IMG/VR virus record: IMGVR_UViG_3300002307_001210
Location: 1-56,844 of that record
Reading direction: 5' to 3' (one strand)
Length of the DNA: 56,844 nt
Source: a virus
Taxonomy: Duplodnaviria; Caudoviricetes
In this document: positions 29,654 through 39,675 of the stretch, piece by piece
How positions within the stretch are numbered: position 1 is the stretch's first letter
How the letters are laid out: each line of letters begins with the position of its first letter
Translations under genes and position numbers: made by a program
Notes under the pieces: generated by a model
Told to the model about the DNA's origin: nothing
The model's input: the letters and a program-made list of their open reading frames with translations, nothing else
The model's database searches: none

Positions 29654-32358
29654 TGTACGTTGATGCTATCCATGACAATAAGAATGACCGCATTCATGTG
29701 GTAGAGCGTACTTCTGAAGGTAAACGAGCGTATAAAGAGTATTCAACTAACTACACCTTATACTACGCTGATCCTAAAGGCAAGTATCGTTCTATTTTCG
29801 GTGATCCGTTGTCTCGTTTCTCTACCCGTAAGAGGGCAGAGTTTGAGAAGGAACGCAGGATCCACTCTAACAAGAAATTATTTGAGAGTGATGTAAATGT
29901 CCTATTCAGATGCTTGTCGGATAACTACCTAAATATTGATCCACCGAAACTTCATACTTGTTTCTTTGACATTGAAGTGGACTTTGATCCTGAACGGGGG
30001 TTTAGTCCAACTGATGATCCATTCAACGCAGTAACAGCAATCTCTTGCTATCTTGATTGGTTAGATCAACTCGTTACGCTTGTCATGCCTCCTAAGCATA
30101 TGACAGACGAAACTGCAAAAGAGTTGACAGCGGATTTTCCAAACTGTTTTCTGTTTCGCAGTGAAATTGAAATGTTTGAGACCTTCTTTGACCTAATTGA
30201 AGATGCTGACGTTTTGACTGGTTGGAACTCAGAAGGATACGACATCCCGTATACGGTTAATCGTGTCACTCGTATCATGTCAAAAGATGATACACGCAAG
30301 TTCTGTCTGTTAGGGCAACTTCCGAAAGTCCGAACATACGAACGATTCGGTAAGGAAGAAAAGACTTACGATCTTGTCGGTCGTATTCATCTGGACTACT
30401 TGCAACTCTACAAGAAATACAACTACGAATCTCGTCACAGCTATTCACTTGATTCAATTGGTGAGTATGAATTAGGCGAGCGTAAGACTCAGTATGAGGG
30501 CACACTGGATCAGTTGTATAATAAGGATTTCAAGACTTTCGTAGAATATAACAGACAAGATACGATGCTTGTCGCGAAGATTCACAACAAGTTGAAGTTC
30601 CTTGAACTCGCTAATGCACTAGCACACGAGAACAGCGTGTTGCTGCCGACTGTTATGGGCTCAGTGGCAATGATTGAGATGGCGATCTTCAACGAAGCAC
30701 ATGCTCGTGGAATGATCGTTCCTGATAAGCAACGTAAAAAGTCTTATAGCGTTGAGCAGCAAGCAGCAGGTGCTTATGTTCTTCCACCTAAGGTGGGTAT
30801 GCACGAGTATCCAGGAGCAGTCGACCTCAATTCGCTTTATCCATCAGACATTCGTGCGTTGAACATGTCTCCGGAGACTATCGTAGCACAAGTGCGACAG
30901 ACTCTAACTGATCAGTATATGCTTGAGAAAAGCTTGAAGCTTGCCAAAGAAAAGCGTAAGAAGAAGAATGGAGACGATGCAGAAGCAGTGACTGGCGCTA
31001 TTCTATGGGAAAATCTATTTGGTTCTCTGGAATACACAGCTATCATGAATCAAGAACGGGGCACCTTGCTCACTGTTGACTATGAAGATGGTCGTAGTGT
31101 AGAGATGACTGCTGCCGAAATCTGGAAGATGGTCTTTGATAGTAACAAGCCTCTGTTGCTATCTGCGAATGGTACGATCTTTACTTATGAGAAAGAAGGG
31201 GTCATCCCTGGACTTCTAACGAGATGGTACACAGAACGAAAAGCCCTTCAGAAGCTAGCTAAAGAATCATACGGTACTGACATGTATGAATATTATGACA
31301 AGCGACAACTTGTTCGTAAGATTCTGCTGAACTCAACGTATGGCGCACTTCTGAACGAACACTGCCGATTCTATGACAAGCGTGTCGGTCAATCTGTTAC
31401 TCTATCTGGTCGCCAGATCGTGAAACACATGATGAGCCAGATCAATGAGATAATCGCAGGTGAGTATAAACACGACGGTGAAGCAATCATCTACGGTGAC
31501 ACTGACTCATGCTATTTCACTGCATTTCCTATTCTAAAGGAACAGATCAACAACGGCGAAGTTGAATGGTCTAAGGATATGTGCATAGAACTCTATGACA
31601 ACATCGCAGATCAGACTAATAACAGTTTCTCTGCATTCATGGAGAAAGCATTTCACTGTCCGAGGAAGAATGGTGAGATCATCAAAGCTGGACGAGAACT
31701 TATCGGAGAACGTTCCATTTTCATCACTAAGAAGCGGTATGCTATCAATATCTTTGATAAAGAAGGCAAGCGTAAGGACATAGAAGGTAAGACAGGCGAG
31801 ATTAAAGCGATGGGTCTTGATCTCAAGAGAGCAGATACTCCTAAGTATGTTCAAGAGTTTCTAATGGAGATTCTCGTCATGGTCCTCGGAGGAAAGCAAC
31901 GAGATGAAGTCATCGTCAAGATCAAGGAGTTTAAGAACTGGTTATCCGAACAAGATAGCTGGACTAAAGGTTCTCCGAAGTCAGTCAACAATCTAACCAA
32001 TCATACGATCAAGTTTGAGAAGACCGGCTTGTGTTCTGTGGGTCATGCGAGAGCAGCGATTAATTACAATTACTTGCGTAAGATGAACGGTGACAACTAC
32101 AGTCAGAAGATAGTTGATGGGATGAAGGTTATCGTCTGTAAATTAAAAACTAATCCCTTAGGCTTCACTAGTATCGCCTATCCTACAGATGAACTTAGAC
32201 TTCCGCAATGGTTCCTTGAGCTACCTTTTGATGATAAGGACATGGAACGTATTCTCGTAGACGAGAAGATTGACAATCTCTTGTCAGTGTTGAACTGGGA
32301 TATTCGTAGTAATACTGATACAAATTCAACTTTTGATGATTTATTTTCATTTTCGTGA
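29653..32358 (+). CDS. Family B DNA polymerase (gp43-like)
   Basis: Exo motifs [17 protein letters not shown]; polymerase motifs [28 protein letters not shown]. Confidence 0.95.
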   Translation: MYVDAIHDNKNDRIHVVERTSEGKRAYKEYSTNYTLYYADPKGKYRSIFGDPLSRFSTRKRAEFEKERRIHSNKKLFESDVNVLFRCLSDNYLNIDPPKLHTCFFDIEVDFDPERGFSPTDDPFNAVTAISCYLDWLDQLVTLVMPPKHMTDETAKELTADFPNCFLFRSEIEMFETFFDLIEDADVLTGWNSEGYDIPYTVNRVTRIMSKDDTRKFCLLGQLPKVRTYERFGKEEKTYDLVGRIHLDYLQLYKKYNYESRHSYSLDSIGEYELGERKTQYEGTLDQLYNKDFKTFVEYNRQDTMLVAKIHNKLKFLELANALAHENSVLLPTVMGSVAMIEMAIFNEAHARGMIVPDKQRKKSYSVEQQAAGAYVLPPKVGMHEYPGAVDLNSLYPSDIRALNMSPETIVAQVRQTLTDQYMLEKSLKLAKEKRKKKNGDDAEAVTGAILWENLFGSLEYTAIMNQERGTLLTVDYEDGRSVEMTAAEIWKMVFDSNKPLLLSANGTIFTYEKEGVIPGLLTRWYTERKALQKLAKESYGTDMYEYYDKRQLVRKILLNSTYGALLNEHCRFYDKRVGQSVTLSGRQIVKHMMSQINEIIAGEYKHDGEAIIYGDTDSCYFTAFPILKEQINNGEVEWSKDMCIELYDNIADQTNNSFSAFMEKAFHCPRKNGEIIKAGRELIGERSIFITKKRYAINIFDKEGKRKDIEGKTGEIKAMGLDLKRADTPKYVQEFLMEILVMVLGGKQRDEVIVKIKEFKNWLSEQDSWTKGSPKSVNNLTNHTIKFEKTGLCSVGHARAAINYNYLRKMNGDNYSQKIVDGMKVIVCKLKTNPLGFTSIAYPTDELRLPQWFLELPFDDKDMERILVDEKIDNLLSVLNWDIRSNTDTNSTFDDLFSFS

Positions 32359-33000
32359 TTTGCAATTATCAAAATGATACCGTTTCATATTTGATATTCC
32401 ACCGCAAGTAGAACAGTGAGGACATATGATTTCTACTTGCGGTCCTTTAAGAATACCCTTAAGTTTAATGGATCTTTTAATTTTATCAGCTTCACTCATT
32501 GGTTTTCCAATTTTAGCATCTGATAACTTTTGCTTATGTTCAGATGAAAAAACTTTACCGTAATTACTTTTACTTATTTTTTCTGCCACCTCAGGATTTC
32601 TGGCAGGGTTGCCTTCACCTTGCATGAATAAACTGTGAGCATGTCGTTGACCATCACTGAAAGTTCTGTTCTTCATTTTAGTTAATGCTGATTTAGTATG
32701 TTTATATCCCGGAGATCCCCCTCCTCCATATGACCTATTCAAAAGTGTTCCTAATCCTAAGTCTTTCCTCCCATACCAATAAATTAGCCTTCTTTCAATA
32801 GCCCATGCACCTAATTCAGACAATTGATGCTCACATATTATTATATGATTTTTGTTGCTAGGTACAGGAATAGAGGGAGAATGATACACCCATGCTCTTG
32901 GGCCTATTCCTTTTCCTATATAATAAACTGTTTCATCTTCTCCGAGATAGGCATATACATAGAATCCTACGGGAGGGTTCTTTCTGTTATAAATAGTCAT
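32347..33000 (-). CDS. GIY-YIG-like homing endonuclease with NUMOD3 and C-terminal CPHC motif
   Basis: [47 protein letters not shown]. Confidence 0.75.
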   Translation of the reverse strand: MTIYNRKNPPVGFYVYAYLGEDETVYYIGKGIGPRAWVYHSPSIPVPSNKNHIIICEHQLSELGAWAIERRLIYWYGRKDLGLGTLLNRSYGGGGSPGYKHTKSALTKMKNRTFSDGQRHAHSLFMQGEGNPARNPEVAEKISKSNYGKVFSSEHKQKLSDAKIGKPMSEADKIKRSIKLKGILKGPQVEIICPHCSTCGGISNMKRYHFDNCKSRK

Positions 33001-33001
33001 G

Positions 33002-33075
33002 CTGATGCTCCTTGTTCAAAATTTAGCATTAGAGGGGGTGGGAACTGCAATTCCGCGACCCTCACTTCTATTTAT
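33002..33075. ncRNA. Conserved two-hairpin element, copy 3
   Basis: CTGATGCT/AGCATTAG stem, GGGGGT-G-GGAA..TTCC-GCG-ACCCTC stem with compensatory changes, then TATTTA. Confidence 0.65.
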
Positions 33076-33092
33076 CACTTCTCCCAATTAAT

Positions 33093-33116
33093 GATGAATT
33101 GTTCAGTTTCGGTTAA
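33093..33116 (+). pseudogene. Displaced original 3' end of the DNA polymerase gene
   Basis: Encodes DELFSFG*, compared with the current polymerase end DDLFSFS*. Confidence 0.6.
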
Positions 33117-33124
33117 ACAAACCA

Positions 33125-33153
33125 TTGACTTTTGTAATATATTCCTCTATTAT
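33125..33153 (+). promoter_or_regulatory. Sigma70-type promoter
   Basis: TTGACT-17-TATTAT. Confidence 0.5.
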
Positions 33154-33199
33154 ACACTAAAGTCAAACTTAAATACATTACACAAACAAAGGAAAACAC

Positions 33200-33934
33200 A
33201 TGAGAGATAATTTACTAGACCTGATCCAAAATACACAAGGGCTTGCTGGGATTGACCTCGCCAAAGTAGAAGGAACTGATCAAGAGACTACGGTTTTTGC
33301 ACTTGCGGAAGATAGGTCTCTTGTCATCTACGGTACCCTAAACAGTCCACTCGCAGATTTTATCGGCGTTTTCGGTATGCCTAATCTATCTAAGCTCAAG
33401 ACTATTCTTAGTTTTGATGAATATGATAAGAATGCCAAGATTAGTACTACCCGCGAAGACCGCGACGGCGAGAAGGATGTACCCGTAGGAATTCACTTTG
33501 AAACTGAGTCCGGTGATTTCATTAATGACTATCGGTTGATGACTAAGAACGTTATCACAGATCGGGTAAATACGGTCGCCTTCAAGGGCGCGAATTGGAA
33601 CGTAGAATTTGTACCAACTGTTGCCGGTATTCTGCGCCTCAAGAAGCAAGCCCAAGCTAACAGCGAAGAAGATAATTTTACTGTCAAGACTGAAAACGGT
33701 GACTTGAAGATTTTCTTCGGTGATCACTCTACTCACTCTGGAAACTTTGTGTTCCAACCAGGCGTAACCGGAACTATCGCTCGTAGCTGGCAATGGCCAG
33801 TCAAGGTTTTTCTTGCGATCATGGATCTTGCTGGTGACAAGACGGTTCGCATCAGCGATCAGGGTGCTGCCGAAGTCACTGTTGACAGTGGTCTTGCAAC
33901 GTATCGTTATCTTCTTCCTGCCAAGACAAAGTAA
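33200..33934 (+). CDS. Probable sliding clamp (gp45/PCNA-like)
   Basis: 244 aa with alpha/beta repeat pattern, ends ..YRYLLPA, adjacent to the polymerase. Inference from size, pattern and context. Confidence 0.5.
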   Translation: MRDNLLDLIQNTQGLAGIDLAKVEGTDQETTVFALAEDRSLVIYGTLNSPLADFIGVFGMPNLSKLKTILSFDEYDKNAKISTTREDRDGEKDVPVGIHFETESGDFINDYRLMTKNVITDRVNTVAFKGANWNVEFVPTVAGILRLKKQAQANSEEDNFTVKTENGDLKIFFGDHSTHSGNFVFQPGVTGTIARSWQWPVKVFLAIMDLAGDKTVRISDQGAAEVTVDSGLATYRYLLPAKTK

Positions 33935-34131
33935 TGATCAAGTCGGTTTCCGGTAACGGTAAATATATGTTGATCAACATGGGGCACCCCAGCCCCACAT
34001 ATATGAACAATAGTTCAGGTTATATGAATGTCGGCGATATGCGATATAACCCCCAGATGCAGAGAATTGAAGTTACGGATGTCCATTGCAGCCACCGGGA
34101 AGAAGAAAAAACCCTTCACCGAGGATCATAA
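33934..34131 (+). CDS. Small hypothetical protein, probably truncated or chimeric
   Basis: Composition changes after QRIEV, where a nuclease remnant begins in another frame. Confidence 0.4.
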   Translation: MIKSVSGNGKYMLINMGHPSPTYMNNSSGYMNVGDMRYNPQMQRIEVTDVHCSHREEEKTLHRGS

Positions 34132-34201
34132 AAGAAAGATGTCAGAATCACGGAAGGCATATTATGAAAGAAAGAGAAATGGACAAGAAGAACTTAAGTA
34201 A
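34079..34201 (+). pseudogene. NUMOD3 remnant of a homing endonuclease
   Basis: Reads MSIAATGKKKKPFTEDHKRKMSESRKAYY...*. Confidence 0.55.
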
Positions 34202-35738
34202 TAATGTATATGGTCCGAATGGGGAAATTAACCAAGCATTATTCTTACCTGCACTGAGTAGTTTCTTTATATCCGGATTAGGTAAACAAGAAGTAGAAGG
34301 TAACTATTTTCCAACAGAGAGAATCCCGAGTGGATTAAAAAACACTAATAGACTAAACTTTCTTGACGAAAAAAATGGCATTTTTAGTTATAAATGGGTA
34401 CTATACAGTGCAGGTCATGCTGATTTAGTAAATTATAAAACTAATCCTAACGAACATCTAGTTGTTAATAGAGACCGCAATAACACATTTATGTTAGCAG
34501 ACTCGGGAGGGTTTCAAATATTAAAGTGTCAATGGCCTGCTGACTGGAAGGATCCTAACTGTCCCCGTGCTATGAAGAAGCGAACAGAAGTCCTCAAGTG
34601 GATGGATGACAATGCTGACTATGGCATGTGTCTTGATATTCCATCACAGTCGTTGACAACTTATCATGTTAAAGACAAGAAGACTGGCAAATCTGCACAC
34701 GGTATCAAGACTATTGAAGACGCTATCGCTGCTACTCATATCAACAATGAATACTTCGTCGCTAATCGTGATGGTCGGTGTAAGTTCCTAAATGTTTTGC
34801 AGGGTCGTAATCATAAGCAGTCTGATGACTGGTATGAAGAGATGAAGAAGTATTGCGACACTAGTATCTACGGTGACAAGGCCTTTAATGGCTGGGCATT
34901 TGGTGGTCAAAACAAGATTGATATTCATCTAATGCTTAAGCGAATCGTCAATATCATTCATGATGGTTATCTTGAAGAAGGTAAACAGGACCTTATTCAC
35001 TGTCTTGGTACTTCTATCATGGAATACGCAGTCATCTTCACTGACATTCAGAAGGCTATCCGTAAGTATCATAATCCAAAGTTACAGATTACATTTGACT
35101 GTGCTTCTCCGTTCTTCGCTGCTGCAAAGGGTCTTGCTTATAACAATAACTCATTTGAGCATGGCAAGAAGTGGACTTATGCTATGGAAAAAACGGCTGA
35201 AGATAAGAAATATGCGACGGATAATCGCAAGTTCAGCGATGCGGTTATAGCAGATAAGATTCATACTCTTTTCACTGAAAGTCCAGTGACTGATCTATTG
35301 AAGATAAAAGATGTCTGTTATCGCGGTATCGGATTCTTGGGTCAACACGGCAAGGAGACTAAGACTAGCTGGGACACTCTTAGCTACACGCTTATTCAGG
35401 CACATAATGTCTATCAGCATATGACCGCTGTTCAAGAAGCCAATCGCCGATATGAACAAGGCGTAAAGCCGAAGATGGTCTTTGATTATTTTAATGGACG
35501 CAATCTAGGTGATATCATTGATGAGATTTTCTCACTTAAGGATAGACAAAAGAGTTTGGATATGATAGACTCATATAGTAAATTTTGGACTCAAATGAAA
35601 GCAGGTCAAGGATTCTCCGGTAATAAAACGGTCAGCAACACAACCGCATTTGACCAATTATTTTATACAGTAGAACCTGAAACCAGAGATGAAGAATTTG
35701 AAGATAGTGATGAAGCAATGGAAAAGGTTGAGATTTAA
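34179..35738 (+). CDS. TGT-fold transglycosylase (DpdA-like, 7-deazaguanine insertion)
   Basis: ADSGGFQ, CLDIP, NVLQG, GWAFGG, HCLG, TFD motifs of the TGT family. Start moved to MDKKN. Confidence 0.7.
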   Translation: MDKKNLSNNVYGPNGEINQALFLPALSSFFISGLGKQEVEGNYFPTERIPSGLKNTNRLNFLDEKNGIFSYKWVLYSAGHADLVNYKTNPNEHLVVNRDRNNTFMLADSGGFQILKCQWPADWKDPNCPRAMKKRTEVLKWMDDNADYGMCLDIPSQSLTTYHVKDKKTGKSAHGIKTIEDAIAATHINNEYFVANRDGRCKFLNVLQGRNHKQSDDWYEEMKKYCDTSIYGDKAFNGWAFGGQNKIDIHLMLKRIVNIIHDGYLEEGKQDLIHCLGTSIMEYAVIFTDIQKAIRKYHNPKLQITFDCASPFFAAAKGLAYNNNSFEHGKKWTYAMEKTAEDKKYATDNRKFSDAVIADKIHTLFTESPVTDLLKIKDVCYRGIGFLGQHGKETKTSWDTLSYTLIQAHNVYQHMTAVQEANRRYEQGVKPKMVFDYFNGRNLGDIIDEIFSLKDRQKSLDMIDSYSKFWTQMKAGQGFSGNKTVSNTTAFDQLFYTVEPETRDEEFEDSDEAMEKVEI

Positions 35739-35935
35739 TGACTCGTAGCCAGGCACTGATGATATCTATATTAGAGGCAGAAATATCTGCCCTAAATGAC
35801 AAGATTGAATGTGGCATGGCCACATCAATAGAATTGGGAAGACACATGCTCATAAAAGAGCAAATTAGGGAATTAAAACACTTGCATAGTCGTTTACAGT
35901 ATGATATAGTTGACTCTAATGAGCATACTGAGTAG
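35738..35935 (+). CDS. Hypothetical protein
   Basis: TAATG-coupled 65-aa ORF. Confidence 0.45.
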   Translation: MTRSQALMISILEAEISALNDKIECGMATSIELGRHMLIKEQIRELKHLHSRLQYDIVDSNEHTE

Positions 35936-35939
35936 GAAT

Positions 35940-36374
35940 ATGATGCTAGAACAAGCGAGAGCAGATAAGCGTAATCGGATCAAAGAGCGAGCTAATCGTA
36001 TGATCTGGGTTACATTTCAGCGTGAAGGTATTCACAAATATCCCGGTGCAGACACTGACCCTGCACTCGCGACAGGCGACGAGTATGATGTAAGTTTTCT
36101 AGGTTTCCCTCACCGACACATCTTTCATTTTAAGGTGGGGATTCAAGTATTTCATAATGACCGGGACATTGAGTTTATTCAGTTCAAGCGTTGGCTCGAA
36201 AAGAGTTTCAACGACGGGACTCTTCAACTTGATCACAAGTCATGCGAAATGGTGAGTGATGATCTATATGAAATGATCGCAACTCGCTATCACGACCGTA
36301 ACATTGAGATCACAGTGTCTGAGGACGGTGAGAACGGTGCTACAATTTTTTATAAAACAACCCCTCAATCTTAA
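35940..36374 (+). CDS. QueD-paralog T-fold protein, DpdL-like (CDG decarboxylase candidate)
   Basis: LGFPHRHIF matches the LxxxHRHxF motif as I recall it for DpdL. Also SCEM and VSEDGENGA T-fold-like motifs; located in the deazaguanine cluster. Confidence 0.55.
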   Translation: MMLEQARADKRNRIKERANRMIWVTFQREGIHKYPGADTDPALATGDEYDVSFLGFPHRHIFHFKVGIQVFHNDRDIEFIQFKRWLEKSFNDGTLQLDHKSCEMVSDDLYEMIATRYHDRNIEITVSEDGENGATIFYKTTPQS

Positions 36375-36389
36375 ATTTAAGGAACTAAA

Positions 36390-36653
36390 ATGGTAAAGCA
36401 AGAAGTGAAGTCTAATACCCGCGTCCTCCGTATCTTTGAGGACCTTGATGCATATCGTAATTTCTGTAAGGATTACGGCTATAGGTTTGATGAGAAGGAC
36501 CTATATAGCTCTAAGAGCTACGTTTATAGGCAATTCCAGAAGCTTCTTTCAGGAAAGCCTGTGAAGAACCAGTGGGAGGTTGATCTCGTTCGCTTTAAGG
36601 AAATTGAGGCTACAAAACTGTTGGGTGAAAAGCCCTATAATAGGAACCGATAA
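36390..36653 (+). CDS. Hypothetical protein
   Basis: 87-aa ORF with AAGGA RBS. Confidence 0.55.
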   Translation: MVKQEVKSNTRVLRIFEDLDAYRNFCKDYGYRFDEKDLYSSKSYVYRQFQKLLSGKPVKNQWEVDLVRFKEIEATKLLGEKPYNRNR

Positions 36654-37828
36654 TGAGAAAATTATGGTATTGTGGATTGGAGCCGTATAATGCTCGTTAT
36701 ACTCTACAACTGACTGATTGGAATACTGAGGTATTTGATCATCGTGGCATTGATTATGTCATTGTACCAGGGGAAACTCTGGATGACAGTAAGGCCATCG
36801 TCACTGGTCAAGTTCTTGACGCTCACGGTCGTTCATACTACAGCATGAGCCAAATGATGCGACTCGTCAAGATGATGCGTGAAGGCAAGGTTGATAGCAG
36901 GGATGTCATCTATTTTGAAGACATGTTCCAGCCCGGTATAGAATCTCTTCCTTATATCCTGAATCAGATTGATCCCGGCAAGCGTCCTAAAATCTTTGTT
37001 CGTTGTCTAGCACAGACGATTGATCCTGATGACTTCGTTCATGTCTGGGGTATGCAGAAGTGGATGAGTGATTATGAGAAGATGGTCAACGGGTTTGTGA
37101 CTGGTGTCCTCGCAACTAGCGAAGAAATGGTAATGAACATGAAGATCGCAGGCTGGACTGCTCCTATCTATAATGTCTCTGGTCTTGCTTTCGGCAGGAA
37201 TGAAGTCATGAGTCGTGTTGAACGTATCAAGTCTTTCAATGATCGCCGCATGCGGGTAGTATTTTCTGCTCGTTGGGATCAAGAGAAGCAACCTGACTTC
37301 TATCTGGACCTCATTGAAGCATGGCATGAGAAGTTTCCAAGCAAGAATGTAGAGTTTGTTGTCTGTAGTGGCAGCAAGCTGCGTAGCAACAACGAGAGTT
37401 ACATGCAACGCACACATAAGATGGTTGAGAACAACCAGTTAACTGTCTATGAGGACCTTCAAAAGAACCAATACTATGAAATCCTCAATGATAGCCGGGT
37501 CGTGTTCAACTGTGCGTTACAAGATTGGGTGAGCAATACTGTCAGTGAAGCAGATGCTCTTGGATGCAATGTTCTATATCCTGCGTATCGGTCATTTCCT
37601 GAGACTTTCGCAAACGATCATGAGCGTATGTATATTCCTTGGTCTATTGAGGATGCTGTCACTAAGCTAGATATATTGATCAAGAAGCCTCATCCTAACA
37701 TGGGTGCTATCAGTGATTGGAACAATGGTACGATTGATCGTATCTGTGACATCATGGAAGGCAGGGGCGAGAAGTGGTTGCGAATGTCCACTGACTATCG
37801 TAAGCACACGAGAGAAGCGAAGTACTAA
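36653..37828 (+). CDS. GT-B (GT4-like) glycosyltransferase
   Basis: VVFSARWDQEKQP and QDWVSNTVSEA..LGC..LYP..SFPE (E-x7-E-like region). Confidence 0.7.
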   Translation: MRKLWYCGLEPYNARYTLQLTDWNTEVFDHRGIDYVIVPGETLDDSKAIVTGQVLDAHGRSYYSMSQMMRLVKMMREGKVDSRDVIYFEDMFQPGIESLPYILNQIDPGKRPKIFVRCLAQTIDPDDFVHVWGMQKWMSDYEKMVNGFVTGVLATSEEMVMNMKIAGWTAPIYNVSGLAFGRNEVMSRVERIKSFNDRRMRVVFSARWDQEKQPDFYLDLIEAWHEKFPSKNVEFVVCSGSKLRSNNESYMQRTHKMVENNQLTVYEDLQKNQYYEILNDSRVVFNCALQDWVSNTVSEADALGCNVLYPAYRSFPETFANDHERMYIPWSIEDAVTKLDILIKKPHPNMGAISDWNNGTIDRICDIMEGRGEKWLRMSTDYRKHTREAKY

Positions 37829-37989
37829 TGAAGAAGTACAAGTTTGAAGTAATCATTAACGAAGGTTCTGACGAGTTTTGGGAATCCATTGCCGACAAGA
37901 CCGGCTGTGATGAAATGCTAGATTGTATCCACGAAGAATTAGATACCTGGAATGCAGAAATTACACTAGTAGAATATACTGATAAATAA
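37828..37989 (+). CDS. Small acidic hypothetical protein (53 aa)
   Basis: Manual translation MKKYKFEVIINEGSDEFW..., TAATG-coupled. Confidence 0.5.
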   Translation: MKKYKFEVIINEGSDEFWESIADKTGCDEMLDCIHEELDTWNAEITLVEYTDK

Positions 37990-38067
37990 TAATGTAGCAC
38001 AAAGGCTACAAAATGAGAGTGATCTCTCCGTTGAGTATAAACGTTAGATACTTTGAAAGGAAAAACT

Positions 38068-38739
38068 ATGTCGTTTAATAAAAATAAGTGCGATGCCGAT
38101 CTAGGTCGTCGTGTTCACGAATATCTCGTGCAGATGGGAGTTGAAACTCCTACTATTGAAAATAATCTCAGCAGAACAGATAAAATTGAAATCATTGAGC
38201 GCAAGTTCAAAGATATTATGGAAACCTTAGGACTTGACCTAACCGATGATAGTTTGGAAGAAACTCCGACTCGGTGGGCCAAAATGGTAGTGAATGAAAC
38301 TATGTGGGGGCTTGACTATGATGCATTCCCCAAATGTACTACAGTTGACAACAAAATGCACTACGATGAAATGGTCATAGAGAAAAATATTACAGTTCAA
38401 TCATTGTGCGAGCATCATATTTTACCTATAGTGGGTAAAGCTACCATCGCTTATGTACCTAACAAGAAGGTACTCGGTTTGAGTAAAATGCCTAGAATAG
38501 TAGAGTATTTTAGCAGGAGACCTCAAATACAAGAACGGTTAACTGAACAGGTATATCATGCTCTTTGTTTCATACTCGATACCGACGCTGTTGCGGTAGT
38601 AATAGAAGCTGAGCATTTATGCGTGTCTTCTAGAGGTGTGGAAGACACACATGCTTCTACTATTACGAGCAAGTTAGGACCAGCTTTCAAATCTGATCCT
38701 GCATTGCGAGCCGAATTTATGAATTTGGTGTTAAAGTAA
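38068..38739 (+). CDS. folE: GTP cyclohydrolase I
   Basis: SLCEHHILP, GLSK..RIV..FSRRPQIQERLT, HLCVSSRG. Confidence 0.95.
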   Translation: MSFNKNKCDADLGRRVHEYLVQMGVETPTIENNLSRTDKIEIIERKFKDIMETLGLDLTDDSLEETPTRWAKMVVNETMWGLDYDAFPKCTTVDNKMHYDEMVIEKNITVQSLCEHHILPIVGKATIAYVPNKKVLGLSKMPRIVEYFSRRPQIQERLTEQVYHALCFILDTDAVAVVIEAEHLCVSSRGVEDTHASTITSKLGPAFKSDPALRAEFMNLVLK

Positions 38740-39556
38740 TGTAAAAGCCAACCTCCCTCCAAGTTTTTCCTCTCCACTCAGGAGGGAGGTTGGCTCTATT
38801 TATGGCTCTAGTTTTTATAGGTTTGCCAATCCCAAGATAAAATATATTCTCATACCCAATTTTATTACAGATCACATTCGTTTCAAAATCTTTTCTACTC
38901 TTAAAATTTCCGTACGGTGTATATATTATACCCGAAGCTTTTGCTCTGGAAATAGCCAATTTTCCTTCTTCGGTTAATGATGGGTTATTCGTTACAAAGT
39001 TAGAATTTTTCTTAGCCCAAATTGATTGTTGCTTTTTCTTTTTTTCAGGATCCGCATTGATAAACCAGGTGTCGTATGTAGTTCTTTCTTGTCTGTGCTT
39101 TTTGAATTTTTCTTTTTGATTTTCCGAAAGGGTCGCTCCCTGTCTGACAGGGCCGCCGTACCGTTCGTTAACTGTTGCTAGGCCCCTTTCTATACTTTCT
39201 CTGCTCCGTTTTGTACCGGTTCTAAAAAACGAAGCAGCCTCGGCCGCGTATCTTCTGCATAGAGCGTATTGTCTGGAATTAAGTATTCTATCCTGTGTTT
39301 TAGTGCATTGCAAGAATTTAGAAACAGCATTCTTCATTTTGAAGTGATCGGGCCCGGATGTGAATTTTACCAATAACAAGTGACAAATAAAATGTTCTCT
39401 AGTTGTAAGCTTGATTAGATTTTCTTTGTCGTTTGTTCCGCCTAAAGATTTAGGTATTATATGGTGAATTTCACCTTTTTTGTTACCCAAACTATTTGCT
39501 TTTCTTTTTTCAATTATGCTATTATACCATAAATAGTATTTGTTATGAGTGAACAT
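38717..39556 (-). CDS. HNH homing endonuclease
   Basis: EIHHIIPKSLGGTNDKENLIKLTTREHFICHLLL. Confidence 0.85.
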   Translation of the reverse strand: MFTHNKYYLWYNSIIEKRKANSLGNKKGEIHHIIPKSLGGTNDKENLIKLTTREHFICHLLLVKFTSGPDHFKMKNAVSKFLQCTKTQDRILNSRQYALCRRYAAEAASFFRTGTKRSRESIERGLATVNERYGGPVRQGATLSENQKEKFKKHRQERTTYDTWFINADPEKKKKQQSIWAKKNSNFVTNNPSLTEEGKLAISRAKASGIIYTPYGNFKSRKDFETNVICNKIGYENIFYLGIGKPIKTRAINRANLPPEWRGKTWREVGFYITLTPNS

Positions 39557-39611
39557 GTGATGATTCCTTTATTTTATTTATCAATAATCAATCGTATTGT
39601 AGAATATTTTC

Positions 39612-39658
39612 CCGCAAGGGCAGAGTTTCTTAGCATCGCACGAATGGGTAAGTGTTAA
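39612..39658 (+). pseudogene. Displaced original 3' end of folE
   Basis: Encodes PARAEFLSIARMGKC*, compared with the current folE end PALRAEFMNLVLK*. Confidence 0.65.
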
Positions 39659-39675
39659 CGGAATTTATCATATCA

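Noticed and set aside
30880-31200. Possible intein in the DNA polymerase insertion after DLNSLYPS
   Set aside because: No N-terminal Cys/Ser block, no HN-C/S/T junction and no LAGLIDADG motif. It is treated as a lineage-specific insertion.
32824-33210. 128-aa plus-strand ORF
   Set aside because: It overlaps the antisense nuclease, the hairpin element and promoters, and has no RBS or protein-like composition.
34086-34178. Upstream start for the TGT-like gene
   Set aside because: This region is better explained by the NUMOD3 remnant in another frame.
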